From the NCBI GenBank assembly GCA_010093815.1, contig ML996569.1: a stretch of 31,327 nucleotides of DNA. One strand, given 5' to 3'. Below the pieces are notes generated by a model. The model had not been told where the DNA came from. It saw only the letters and a program-made list of their open reading frames with translations, and did not search any database. The stretch's first letter is position 1, and each line of letters begins with the position of its first letter. This document shows, piece after piece, positions 13,329-26,736 of this stretch. A program made the translations under genes and the position numbers. The DNA comes from Pseudovirgaria hyperparasitica (taxonomy: Eukaryota).

Positions 13329-14290
13329 ATGGCTACGTCCGGCCAGCCGCAAATAAATAGCCGAGTAGAAGCGAGTCTCGACCTACTTCATATATTCAGA
13401 GCGTCCGACAGGTAGAAACTTCGGGTACACATAGAAGAGTTAATTTAGGAGGAATTTACTAGCCTATTACTAAACCTACATAGTAAGAAAGTAAAGGACT
13501 ACTATATAAAATAAGAGCATTACCTACAGATAGTCGCGGATAAATGTATATTTATTAATAGTAGTTATACTATTTCACGGGTAGATACCATATATTAACT
13601 TAATACTATATTCTTGGTATTTACGCGTAACTGGCGGCGGTTAGCTAAATACCATTATATACGTTAAAACGATACCCCGGGCTAGACGAGCCGTCGTGAT
13701 ATTATATATACCCTACGAACCCGCCTAATATATCTAGCTAACCTAGTTATTTAACCGTTAGACTACTAGTATCTATATCTCCTAAGGTAGCCGTACCGCC
13801 GTGTTATATATATATGCCTATAGTCCTTATCCGCGATCGTACTCGGGTTACCCTAGTACTAATAACGGCTATATAGAATGGCACGACGCCGTCAAATATT
13901 AAGGGTGTAAAAATACGCGATATAGTAGGTCTTAGTATAAATAAACTATTAGAATTTATTAGCTCGTCTATAGATATACTAGAGGATATAGGTGGTTATA
14001 GGTATGGTCGCGTCTACCTAGAGTACCCGATCCCACCGAGCGAGTTAAGTAATATAATCCTTTATAAGGATAGTTTAGACTAGGTATTATAGTAGGCTAT
14101 TAAATAGGCACTAGGCTTAGGACTAGATCGGGTGGTTTTCCGCGTGGGCGATATAAACGGTATATTTAGAAGCCTACTATAACGTGTTAACTATAATCTA
14201 ACTATATAGGAACGTTGCGCTATGAGTATAGTAGCGGGATTCATCCGTCTAGCGCGCGTAGGTAAGCTCGAGATATATATACGCCGATAG
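13329..14290 (+). pseudogene. Unknown ~320-codon gene, RIP-degraded
   Basis: ATG 13329 MATSGQPQINSRVEASLDLLHIFRASDR*KLRVHIEELI*EEF...; TAA/TAG-only stops; a frame change near the (TA)n run at ~13805. Confidence 0.5.
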
Positions 14291-14451
14291 ATATTAGTAT
14301 ATATCGATATATTATAACTACTAAGCGGTGTATACCGATGTATGCCGGTATATCCGGTATATACCGGTATAATACCGTCGCTCTTCCGTGGATATAATAC
14401 TATTTATATATCTTAGGTTTTCGGTTATTAGTTATATATAGTATTATATAT

Positions 14452-15334
14452 ATGGCGGATACCTTACTAGATTTAGGTCTTTCGTCGATAGTATATAGGT
14501 ACGCCCTAGTCCACTTAATATAGACGTAGTCGACGCTTTACCTACTTAAACGATAGATATTAATAACGACGCGACTAGTATATTTATCTATTATATTATT
14601 AGCTAGCTAACGTTATATTAGGAGAGTCGAGCGCCGCCGTCCCGCCTACTCTATCTATCGATATTAACATGCTAGCGATTATAACCCAATCGCCTTACGA
14701 ATCGATATATAATACTAGTATACTCGAGAGTTCGAGCGAACGTATAAAAGTCTAATATTATATACTATTTAGGGCCGGGGAGGAAGCGCCTACCGGCGTA
14801 GTAGTTATTAAGGCGATAGTAGAAGTCTATATATAACTAGATATACTAAGTCCGCCTCCTTCTTATATGGTCCTATCGCTAGATAATATTACTAGTTTTA
14901 ACATTATAGAAGAGGAGTTTATAGACACGAACCCATGAATATCGGTATAACATTGGCTCGATAGTACGTATTATAGTATAAGGCAAGTTATATTTAAGCG
15001 GTAGTTAGACACGTACGCTAGTATACTAACGGATATATAGTATCTCTACCATGAATAGAATAGGCAAGGCATAGCTAGTAATATCTTACTATCTAGAAGA
15101 GATAGTTACCGTAGAATTTGGGAGATAGGCTCGGCGTCTATAGTATTAGTATATTAGACGGTTAAACTTTTATATAATACTATTTACTTATACCTATATT
15201 CACCTAAGCCCTAATTCGATAGCCTTCTATAACGTACTATATACTCGGTCGGTAAGCTACTAGACTTATATAATAGTAGCATACTACCCTACTTTATATA
15301 CTACTTAAGCTACTATTACTTTAGCCTACGTTAA
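14452..15334 (+). pseudogene. Unknown gene, RIP-degraded
   Basis: Long frame from ~14630 (AAVPPTLSIDINMLAIITQSPYESI...) with transition-type stops only; the ATG 14452 start and a possible 5' intron are tentative. Confidence 0.4.
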
Positions 15335-15616
15335 TCTTAGCTTCCTTTAGTCGTCCCTATATTATAAAAGAAAACTTCTATAAACCTTTCCTCTACTTAT
15401 CTTGGTTTTTAAACCTAAATCTTACCTTCTATACTTTATTCCGTGTTAATCACGACTATATACGAACGCTACGTTAAACTCGACTCTATTAACCCTTAAG
15501 GTCTATTCTATATAATAGTTAACGAGGTCATATTTATAGTTCATAATATGGATTAAGAACTCGTTATATTCGGCGATGTTTAGGACTAGTCTACGCTTAA
15601 CGTAATTAAGCCTTAT

Positions 15617-15940
15617 GTTTAAGCCGAGTCTCACGTTTAAGTCGAGCCTTACGTTTAAGTTAAGCCTTATACTTAAGTCGAGCCTTACGTTTAAGCCGAG
15701 CCTTACGTTTAAGTCGAGTCTCACGCTTAAGCTAATCCTTATATTTAAGCCGAGCCTTACGCTTAAGCCGATCCTTACGTTTAAGCCGAGCCTTACGTTT
15801 AAGCCGATCCTTATATTTAAGTCGAGCCTTACGTTTAAGCCAATCCTTATATTTAAGCCGATCCTTACGTTTAAGCCGAGCCTTACGTTTAAGCCGAGCC
15901 TTACGTTTAAGCCGAGCCTTACGCTTAAGTCGAAGCTTAC
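15617..15940 (+). repeat. 18-bp coding tandem repeat, 18 copies, ancestral (V-Q-A-E-P-H)n
   Basis: Unit GTTTAAGCCGAGCCTTAC, in frame with the helicase as GTT TAA GCC GAG CCT TAC. CAC survives in some units. Confidence 0.9.
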
Positions 15941-18900
15941 GATACGACTACCATCTCGACCGATAATAAACCACTCGTCTTTAGTATACTTACTAGTAAC
16001 TACCGTCCTAACGACGAGTATAAACTCAAGAAGGTCCAAAGTAGTAAGGCTCCCGTTCCTACTTATACTACCTATTAGATCTCTCTTATATAGGGCGATC
16101 TATAGTTAACCTTTAGAAATATCTATAGTATTAGTAGAGAAACAGATAGACTTAAGTAGAAATAAGCGAAAACTCAAGCCGAGCTTAAGCTAGTAGTATT
16201 TAAGGCTCGTGGTAAAGGTCACGGCTTTAAAGAGTCGATTAGTTATATATATAGATTTCTTAAATTCCCTAAGTACCGCTCTTAGATTAAGTTACGTGCT
16301 CGCTTCCGATAGATTAATAAAGGGAAATCGGTATCCTTAATAAGCTTACTCCGCTTTAATCGTACTAATATCCTTCTATTATCCGACCACTCTATAGTAT
16401 AGATCTTTAAGGTTAAGTAAGTAGATAACTTTATTAAGTATTTTCCTAAACTTCCTAATCTTATTATAAGCGAAGCGGATAAAGCTAATATACTATATAT
16501 TAACACCGGCCTCTACGAAGACCCTCGCGACTTTTAGGTTATTAAACTTATAGCTAGCGAGCTTCTTAGTATAGGTTTTACCATCCCGTTATATATCGGA
16601 CCCGATATAATATATAAACGAGTGAAGTAATTCTTCGAAGATCTAGGTGCTTATACTATAGTTCGTATCTTACTACCGCTACGTAACCCTATGAATCTTA
16701 CTAGCTTTAATAATAAGCTTAAACTAGAGAGTAATCTAATTAATTCATGGTATATAGGAGTTACTACTCCCTATATATAATACGGTATAATAAGTAGGCC
16801 GGACACTTAGCTCTAGATCTCTATTCCCTACCGCGAGTCATTTAATAAGAAATTCGACTACCTAATATATATTACTATAAGTACCTTATAAGACGAATAG
16901 ACGGATCTTCTATTATCCTAATTCCAAGACATTACTATCGGGTATATCTAGCTCTTAGGTATTACTCGGGCGCTCTTAGCTATCGTCTATCCTATTAATA
17001 CGAAAGAATTCTATTATATAGAACTAGGTAGTCGTAGGTACCTTAAAGTAGATTTAAAGGATTATAATAACGACGCGTACCGCTTTAAAGTCCTTTAATT
17101 TCGCCTAGGCATCCTTCTATTCGAATGCCTCGCTCTAAAAGTCTTCGATAAGGTTAGGCGTCCTTCTAAAGTATCTAAGGTACCGATTATATTAATAGAT
17201 ATAGTTACTAATGTAACTCGAGCTCGTCCTAAACATTTTATTCGGACTAGCGATACTAGTTTAAGTACGATCAGGTTATCCCTTACTACGCTTATAGGGT
17301 TTACGGACGTTCCGGCTTTAGTTAGCGTATAAACCTACGATAAGCTTACTAAGTAACGCATTAATACGTGCTAGAAACTAACCTACCACGCTATATAAGC
17401 TCCTAGAGACGGCGGCGTAGATGACCATGCCGCTTAGGATACGTTTAATATAATAGTCCTTAATATTATTATAGACTCGGTATCTATATCTCTAATATAT
17501 GGGTCCTCTAACCCTAATAATAAGATTCTAGATTATAGTACGGAGCCTTAGAATACTCTCGTTACTCTTTCTAAATTATCTATATCCCTAGATAATAATA
17601 AGGACACGAATATAGAATATAGTCACGATGTTATTAGCGACGAAGGTTCCATTACTAGCCCCGTTACTAATATATATATACTCCTAATATCGTCCAAAGT
17701 CTACTCTAGTATCCTATCCCCTTTACCACCCTCCGTATAGAACCTAATACTTAGTAATAACTACCTAAATCTTTAACCCGTTAACTATAACCGCTACGTT
17801 AAAGATTATAAAAGATTCCACGATCTCTAGGATATTATACGTTCGGAACTATCTCCCTAATAATAGTATACCTATATATAGGCGACGGACGCACTTAGGG
17901 CTTAGTTCCTACTTCACGGCTATGGAGGAGCTAGGAAGAGCCATTTATAGCTTCGTCTACTACTAGCTACACTTCTAATTAACGAAATAAACGGTACTCC
18001 TATCATCGCTTATACTACTAAGGTAGTTATTCTATCTAGCGATATAATAGCGTACCTCCCTACGCTAGGTTCCACCTAAATATATAGAATATATATACAT
18101 GTTATTATCGGCCTAACTAACGAAACCTACGACGACGCTATAAGAAAAGCATATGAATATACGAGTAATATATTTACTCGCTATAAGTCTCTAAAGATAC
18201 CGGTTATTCTTCGAAGATGCCCCGAAGCCGTTAATTAAGAGGTTTTCTTTACTATAGCTAGACTATCTCGTTGCGGTAACCCTCTTATTAGGCTAACCTA
18301 GAACGATATAATAGGCGGTACCATCCTCGTGTAAGCCTAGGCCGACTATAGTAAACGACCATTAGAATATAGTACGGATCCCCGTGCTCGTCTATAGGAA
18401 CTATATACTAGTTATATTACGCTCGAGGTCGTTAGACTCGTTAAATCTTAATACTAATATAAATAGATCCCTAAGAATTTCGAGAAAGAAACGGCTTAGC
18501 TATTACGCGCTATCTATAAATATTATACTTATAATAAGGACATGCCTAAGGAGAAGTATAATAGGATGAACGAGCTATACCTCGCTATCTAGGACCTAGT
18601 TACCATCCACGCCTAGATTTATATAGGGACCCTATATATTATAAACATCGCTAAGGTAGCCCGTAATATATATCCGATTTTAGTCGTAATGGAAGAGGCC
18701 ACGTATATCCTTAAAAGTAATATACTCGGGATTATCGTTAATTACACTACTATAGAATAGTAACCGACATTTATTTATATCGGCGACCCACGCTAGCTTA
18801 ACACCTACTAGCGTAATAGTACTAATATATAGGCCGCGAACTAGAGAATCTCCTTTATAAAGCGCTAGATATAATATAGTTTCCCGACTACTCGCCTTAC

Positions 18901-19930
18901 CGAGTTAGAACGCTTAGTTCCTAGGATAATAAACGTTATATTACTAATTACTTACTTAGACGAGCTAACAACCTCGCCCCACATAATAAATAATATTAAT
19001 ATACCACTTACAGAGACCGTTCGACAAATATTTAGAATCCGCGGCCATTAACACGTTATATATACTAACGTCGACGGGGATCACGCGTATATAGTAAATA
19101 ACTTAATATATAATATAGACTTATTACGTTTTACTTAGTAGATTATTACCAAGCTCTTCTATTATAGCGTTGCACTCGATCGCGTACTCTATATTTCTAT
19201 ATACGCTACCCAACGTAATCTATTTAAAGGAATAGTTAGGAACTCGCTTCTAACTACACTTACCGCAGCGGATAAAGCTCGATTTAATACCCTACCTAAG
19301 CCGGTATAGAAGCTTATCTAATAGCGTTCATAGGACGGTTCTTAGGGTTATAATAACGATATAGTCCTTATTAACCTAGTCTAAACCAATCGCTTCGGCT
19401 TCCTCTCGGAAGTAAACCGTAATATTATTACTATTACGCGCGCTAAATAGATAATGGTTATTATCGCTAACTTTATATCTCTTAAGAGGTAGAAAGTCCT
19501 AGACGGCGTACTCGGCGAGATATAGAATAAGTACTCTAAGATTCATGCGATATACACGTACATGACCCCTAACCTAGATAGCCTCCCTCTACTCTCTAAT
19601 ATATCTAATCTCTAATATAGTCGCTCTATACTTAGTATTAGAGAGAGGGGAGAACGAAGTAATTAATAAACTACCAATAGTACTAAGCCCCGTAAGCCGC
19701 TAGTCTACCATAAATATAACGTCGAAGGATATAAGTCTATTAAGTATCTAAGAGGGTCGACGCTTATATATAATAACTATTAGAATATCGGCTATAAAGC
19801 TAATGTTTACTCTAAACCCAAGACGCTTACGGGTACGTTTTACTATAATTATAGGACTACTAGTTATACTTAGCGTTATTATCCTAGCCGTACTAAATTA
19901 CCAGCATGCATAAATAGTAATAATCTAGTT

Positions 19931-20014
19931 AATGCTACTAGAGCTAATACTACTAGAGCTAATACTACTAGAACTAATACTACTAGAACTAATACTACTA
20001 GAGCTAATACTACT
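19931..20014 (+). repeat. 15-bp coding tandem repeat, 5.6 copies, in the helicase tail
   Basis: AATRCTACTAGARCT units in the helicase frame. Confidence 0.85.
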
Positions 20015-21029
20015 AATAAAGTAACTACTAGCGGCTAGGATGATAGAGACTACGAGGATACCGGCCGAGATAGCAGTATTACGACATATAAAGACATAGA
20101 AGTTAATTAGTAATAGTATATAATTAGACTTACGTGTTAGGGCTACTTAGTTACGGCTTCTTAGTAAGTATACCTTTATATCCATTTTAGATATAGTTAC
20201 GACATCCTACTAGGTAGATAGTTTAGCTCTATTAAAGACCTATTAAGGGTATTTCTATTACGTCTACTCTAGTATAGACGCGCTATTAGATAATACGGCG
20301 CCACTAGGCACGTTAACTAGTACCCACCGATTAAGAAATAAACACGATTCTATATCTACCGTAAGCCCTAGCCTAATAACGTAGGCTTCCTTTAGTTATC
20401 CCCTTTATACTTTTAAAACTACTTCTAGCCTTTATATCGGGAGATATTACCACCTAAAGAGAAAATATAAAAAAACATACGCCCTAATCAAAGCCTCCAC
20501 CTTTAGACTTTAACTATAATATATACGGGATATAGTAAACCTAAATATCGCATACTTCAAAAGCATAGAAGGATACGATACTTAAATATAACAAAATATA
20601 GGCTTACAATACTCGGAGAGTACCTAGGGATAAGTATATAAATATAAAATGGGATAAGACTAACGCGGCACCTCGTATATGCGTAGCCATATACCGTCCT
20701 AGACGTAGTCGCCTATAATATAATATTACGAGATAAGAATCATGGCTATCTAATTCTATTAAGGGTATTAGACGATATAAAGTAAATAACTACACGCCCG
20801 ACCACGCCACGCTAAGTTACGTACGTGTTATAAACGCGTGTTCGAGGAATAATAAGGATATAAACGAGGTTCACCTAGTAGGTGCCTCGTTATTCCGGCT
20901 TCTACCTCTATCGTCTAACCTATACCTTCGTCTTCCTCGCGCCCACGATATACCACGCGTATACTATATAATTAGTCCGTAAATTATAAACACTATATTA
21001 ACTATATACGTTAACTATACACGATTAAC

Positions 21030-21482
21030 ATATCGAATCCGATTCTATAATAAAGTAACCGTCCGAATATAGTAATTACTATAGCACTACTTCGTATCTT
21101 AAGCCTAGATATATAAGTAAAGCGTGAAGCTATAGAGGCGCGTATAAGGTAGCTATATATAGAAGTATATACGGCTACTCCACTCGCAGACCATAGGTAT
21201 TAAACTAAGAACAAGCTCGGCGTAAAAAGAGCACGTAAGATTATTAATAAGGTAGTAGGCGAATTCCTAGTAGTATAGAAAAGAGTAGTAGAGTGCATAG
21301 AGATGAAGGCGCTATACCATATCTACGACCAGGTACGCACTATAGTATAATAATAATAATAATATTATATAACTAGGTAGAGTAGTACTCTATAGGCCTA
21401 TGCCTCCTCTAGTCTAAGCCACTATATAAGAAGAAACCCCATAGGGAAAAACTTCCTTATATCTATAACTACATCTCGTTAA
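21030..21482 (+). pseudogene. Small unknown helical protein gene with poly-Gln remnant
   Basis: Frame reads ALLRILSLDI*VKREAIEARIR*LYIEVY...KALYHIYDQVRTIV, then (TAA)5, likely from (CAA)5. Confidence 0.45.
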
Positions 21483-21689
21483 ACCTCTATTTTATCTTAA
21501 GTATATAGCTATAGGGTACGCCTATTAGCCTATAGCCTATATTACCGTTATTTTACCCTTAGGCAGCACGTGTAGGTGCGGAGGTTATTAGTTAAGGGCT
21601 ACCCTTAACTAATAATCGGGGTTCTCCCGGGGTTCTTCCGGTATGTATCGGGTTGCTACCGGCGTATACCGGGTCTCTTCCGGTATATA

Positions 21690-23250
21690 TTTCCGGGTCC
21701 ACTGGTACTGGAGGAGTGGTAGATGTGTAAGCATCCATCGGGATACGCACTATAGTATAGAAAACCGTATATTATAGAAAAACTATCTCCGAGTATAAGA
21801 AGAGGCGCATAATTATAGCCCTACATTCTACGACCTTATAATCCCCGCCTATCACGACCTTATAACCTCCGCCTATCGCGACCTTATAACCCCCGCCTAT
21901 CACGACCTTATAGCTCTTATATACCACGACCTTATAGCCTATACTCGTAGCGGTCCCATAGCCTACTAACGTATATACTATAAGAAAAATTAAATTCACG
22001 ATTAGGTTTAACGACAACACATTCCTTAAAATACTAGTACCTATATCTAACTAGTAGAAAGACCATAGCGACGCTTCGTGTGTTAATTTAGTAGTATTTA
22101 TATAGTAAATTAGGGTCTAATACGCAACGAAGACTAGGAGGGTACTTAACTAGAGCCGTACTACTATACATTCTATCGTGCTAGTAATCGAGTATACGAT
22201 AAGTAAAACGGAACTAGAGGTAGATATTAGATAGCTCCTATAGTTAGTAATCGAATATATCCTAGAATATAGTAATAGTATAATACTCCTCGGCCTTAGA
22301 TAGGATATAGATAGTATACCCGAAGTAAAACGAAATATAAACCAGCGACTAATATATAATAGTATAGACGGCTATATATAGGTTACGCTCGAATAAATCC
22401 GCCCCTCCGTCCCTAATACTACACTCGCTACGATTAGTATAATAATAGTAATAGAAAGCTACCGCCTATGACGGTAGAGATACCCACGGAGATAGTATTA
22501 TAGGTAGTAGATAGCATTACCTAAACGACTTGACCCTTCCTCTAGCGATACTATATATACTACTATTAGCACCCGGGAAGTCGCGAGACCGACCTATAAG
22601 CTCTAAAGATAGTAACTTTAAAAGCCTTAAAAGTACCTTAGATATAGAGAATATAGATATCGCTTTCGAAGACTAATAGAATAATAAAAAGGGTGCTAGA
22701 GGTAGTAAGAGTAGCGTGCGTACTTAGCTAAGGCGATGCAATCCGACGTAAGACGGCTTCTACCTACTATATATTAGTATATACCTAATTCTACTAGCTA
22801 TATAACTATAGCGTATATGTTCGGTTAAGACGTTACGATACTAGTATAAGCCGGCGTCTACCTAGTTCACGTCGGGATACGCCCGGTTCTACTAGCTATA
22901 TTATTACTACGACTATAATTATATAAGATCTACTCTAATAATTAAACATTTACTTATATACTTTACTTTCTCCGTACTTATTAAAATTATGTTATAATTA
23001 CTAAACGCGGCGACTTAACTCCTACCGCCTAAATCTAGTTTTCATATCTTATCGCCATTAACGCCGTCTTACTACCTATAGCCTAAGTCATATATAGAAA
23101 TAGATAGGTATAACGAGAGTCATGACTATCCTAGTTTAACTACTAGCCATAGAATGGCTAACCGTAACACGCATATACGACGTATAGAGGCCTTAAGTAT
23201 TAGCGCCCTCCTACCTTATATCTAGTACCTCTAAGGCCTATACCTAATAC
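21690..23250 (+). pseudogene. Unknown coding region, either a separate gene or the N-terminal part of the SNF2 gene
   Basis: Coding-like frames with TAA/TAG stops, including the TTL*PPPI repeat; continuity with the downstream gene not resolved. Confidence 0.35.
21830..21949 (+). repeat. 24-bp tandem repeat, 5 copies (T/A-T-L-Q-P-P-P-I)
   Basis: ACGACCTTATAAYCYCCGCCTATC-like units start at 21830, 21854, 21878, 21902 and 21926; the last two are degenerate. Confidence 0.85.
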
Positions 23251-23495
23251 CCGAAATAAGTCATGATATATATAGGGCTACCATTATTAAGATAGTAAGT
23301 AAAGAAGTGGTAATAGAGCTTAAAACTAGTAGTATAGACACTACTATACTCTATAGAATAGTTAAGGAAACCGTTACTAGAGAATTTAATTAGTATATCG
23401 CGGCTATAGATAGTAAGTTAGTACCGACGGTTACGACCATAGATATAACAGAGGCTAAACTAGACATAGATACTATAGGCATAGGTACGTAGATA

Positions 23496-24395
23496 TAGTT
23501 ACCGCTGGAATATAAGGAGAAAGATAATATAGAAGATACTAAAATAGAAGACGACGTAGCTAGTATACTTAGACACATATATATATACACGGTCCTAGAT
23601 ACTAATATTAGAGTAGTATCGAATATAGGCGCGGTTATAACCACCGATATAGATAATCCACCTATGAATATCGTCGTGCCTAGCGAAGCTCATCCACGCG
23701 TAAATACACCAGCCATAGAGATATAGTTATAGTTACCGCCGGAATATACAGAGAAAGAGAACGTAGAAGATACTAAAATAGAAGACGACGTAGCTAGTAT
23801 ACTTAGATATATATATATATATATAGTTCTAGATGCTAACATTAGAGTAGTATCGAAGATAGGTGCGGCTATAACCACCGACATAGATAATCCATCTATA
23901 AATATCGTCGTGTCTAGCGAAGCTTATCCACGCGTAAANNNNNNNNNNNNNNNNNNNNNNNNNNNNNNNNNNNNNNNNNNNNNNNNNNNNNNNNNNNNNN
24001 NNNNNNNNNNNNNNNNNNNNNNNNNNNNNNNNNNNNNNNNNNNNNNNNNNNNNNNNNNNNNNNNNNNNNNNNNNNNNNNNNNNAGAGTAGTATCGAAGAT
24101 AGGTGCGGCTATAACCACCGACATAGATAATCCATCTATAAATATCGTCGTGTCTAGCGAAGCTTATCCACGCGTAAACACACTAGCCATAGAGACATAG
24201 TTATAGTTACCGTTAGAACATGCGGAGAAAGAGAACGTAGAAGATACTAAAATAGAAGACGACGCAGCTAGTATACTTAGACACATATATATATATATAT
24301 ATAGTCCTAGATACTAATATTAGAGTAGTGTCAAAGATAGGTGCGCCTATAATTACTAATATAGATAATTCCCCCACGAATGCCGTCGTGTCTCT
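23496..24395 (+). repeat. 234-bp (78-codon) tandem repeat, 3-4 copies, spanning an assembly gap
   Basis: Unit starts at 23496, 23730, (23970, in gap) and 24204; encodes LPxEYxEKxNxEDTKIEDDVASILR... Confidence 0.9.
23939..24083. other. Assembly gap (145 N)
   Basis: Run of N. Confidence 1.
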
Positions 24396-26736
24396 AGATA
24401 CTAGCGAGACTTATCTACGGCTACTAGAAATAAAGAGGACACTCTCGGATAATATAGTAAATCTAGTCGATTCTCCGAAACGCCTAAAACTAGAATATAT
24501 TATACTACTAGATGTCGACTAGTAGACATGTAAAAACCAGGAACTGTTCGGGTTAGTAGATAATTTATATAGTAGATATACATTGGATAGTACATTAGCG
24601 AACGGCCTTGACTTTAAAATCCTTTCTATAGACGACGACTCTAATAGAGATAAAGCAAAGCCAGATATAGAGGACTTAATTCCGGTAGATAACGATATTA
24701 GTACGAAACTATAGGAAGCGTAAGTCACACTAAGAAGTAAGTAGGAATATATACTACCATACTAATGTATCTATAGAATATTCGCCGTTAATAACTCCGA
24801 TAAAGTAGTCTAAGCTATCTCTTATTATACGGAAGAGATACGGTTACTTACTATAAGTATATTTAGGCTTACGCTAGATAACCTAATAAAGAAGTTCGGC
24901 CATATACCCACTCTATATCTAGCCTTTAGTATAAGTAGGTTATATAGGCTATAGGCCGGCTAGTTACTCGCGGTAGTTACTATATTTAAGTAGTAGGTAG
25001 GTCTATGGAAGTACCAGATCTTAGTAGATAGCCTAGGGCTAGGGAAAATAATCGTGCTTATAACGTTCATCCGCCTCGTGTTTTATTAGGACTTTCTACG
25101 CGATAATATAGAACTTAATCTAGAAAATCATCTATAACCGACTTAAGACTTAGGTATGGATAGGAAGTGCCCGATATAATCTCTGTATCCGATTAAATAT
25201 CCGTGTAGCTAGACCGATGATTTCGTCTATATACCCCGCCTTCAAGGACCATTTATACTATACTACCTAAGGTCCCTTCTAATAGCGTATTAGCCGTGGC
25301 GCTTTAAATAGATATATAATAATACGGATAGTATATTCACCGATTAAATTAATAAACGGAACCCGATAAAGATAATAGTATGGCTAGCGTACTCGAAAAC
25401 CCTTACTAACGCCCCTAGTATCCGATAATTCTCGCATGTAGACCGATAATACTTAGCTAAGAGATACCTACACCCCGAATAGAAACACAGCGTCGATATT
25501 AGTAATACTACTAAATTCGAGACTGACGAGGAGTATATTATTAGGGCATGGTTAATTCCCGTTAATAGAACCGCTACTACTAAATTTCCGTCGCGATACG
25601 CGAAGAACTATATAATCTATAGCACCGTCTAGAGTATAGAACCCTAATATCTTAAATCTTTTAAGGGACGCGTGGTTATAAGAGTAAAGAGGGCGAAATA
25701 ATTTAGTACTAAAAACACTTAAACTCGCGAAGTAGCATTCCTTAGTATATTAATAGTAGACGAGTTCTATTCCGCAAAGAACCCCGATATAAAACAGTAT
25801 AAATATACGATATATAATACCCTTATATTTAGTATATAGGTTAGTGTAACGCCCCTCTCGAATAGTCTAGTAGATATTCTAGTAGCTATTAAGGTAGATA
25901 CTCCGGATAAGTTACCCGACTACGTCGATAATAATACTACTAAAAGGGTATTCGAGAGCCTATAGAATAAAACTATAAGAAAGATTATTATAATATAGTC
26001 GAATAAACTCCTTAGTTTAATAAAAGGCAAGCCGGCGGACACGATGGCCGCGATAGTCCGTAGGGCATTAGAAACCATAGAAGGTAAGCGCACACTACGT
26101 ATGGTAGCCAATTAGTATTTACTATTTATTCTATAACGGGGACTACTAACTAAATAGTTTAATGGAGAGGTATATCTATCTACGACATTAAAGCTAGTAG
26201 TAGAGTTTATATCTATCCCGGCTATAGAACTAGAGAAGATAATTATACGGTTATACGAGAATAGAGGTAGATAGTTTAATAATCTATAGCCTAACGGAAC
26301 GCCGCGGGACTTATAGGTATAATCTACCGCCTAGAGTAAATTGAAAGGGGGTACCGGGTCCGGGCTTAACGTATACTACTATTAGGCTAGGCTAGCTACT
26401 ACGTGTATACTACTTATATACCTTACTAATAAAAAGATAGAAGACGAGTAAATTAATATTACGCTTACGCGTCGGAGGAATAGTAATAATAGTATACTAA
26501 GTAAGATAATCGCTAATCCTATACACAAAGCACTCCTATAGCTAGATAAGGCTATATAAAAGGAGATAGTATCGCTAGCTAATAAACACGCTTCGAAGGT
26601 AAACTAGATCCGTAACTTTATTAATAATAATATTTATAATAAAAGTACTAGACGCGCGCGACGAACATCCGCCAACCGCCTAGAGAAAATCATACTTACA
26701 TGTGCCGTACCGGTAAGCTTAATATTCCTATACTTA

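Larger units (their letters stand above)
15548..20113 (+). pseudogene. Upf1/DNA2-NAM7-like SF1 helicase (~1520 codons) with N-terminal hexapeptide repeat and three C-terminal CCHC knuckles
   Basis: Same frame at every point checked from ATG 15548. Walker A HGYGGARKS (17915-17941), LVVMEEA (~18690), YIGDPR*L (~18780), DGS*GYNNDIVLINLV and GFLSEVNRNIITITRAK (19334-19446). Three Y-x2-Y-x4-Y-x4-Y units at ~19705-19885 restore to CCHC. Confidence 0.88.

Noticed and set aside
15503..16109. Track ORFs 15503-16039 (-, RLGLNV repeats) and 15615-16109 (+, FKPSLT repeats) as real repeat proteins
   Set aside because: They are shadow frames of the 18-bp array. The third frame (VQAEPH, with CAA changed to TAA) is continuous with the helicase.
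15548..20113. Helitron Rep-helicase
   Set aside because: Motifs are Upf1/DNA2-NAM7-like rather than Pif1-like, and no HUH Rep motifs were seen.
20200..20985. Additional gene between the helicase and the 21030 ORF
   Set aside because: A plus-strand frame is plausible but has no clear start or motif; too ambiguous to call.
21338..21752. CACTA pentamers at 21338 and 21748 as transposon termini
   Set aside because: They are in the same orientation, lie in coding-like sequence, and have no inverted partner or TSD.
21772..26111. Short minus-strand track ORFs (21772, 23390, 23690, 23924, 24519, 25920)
   Set aside because: They are antisense to the plus-strand repeat/SNF2 coding region and have no motifs of their own.
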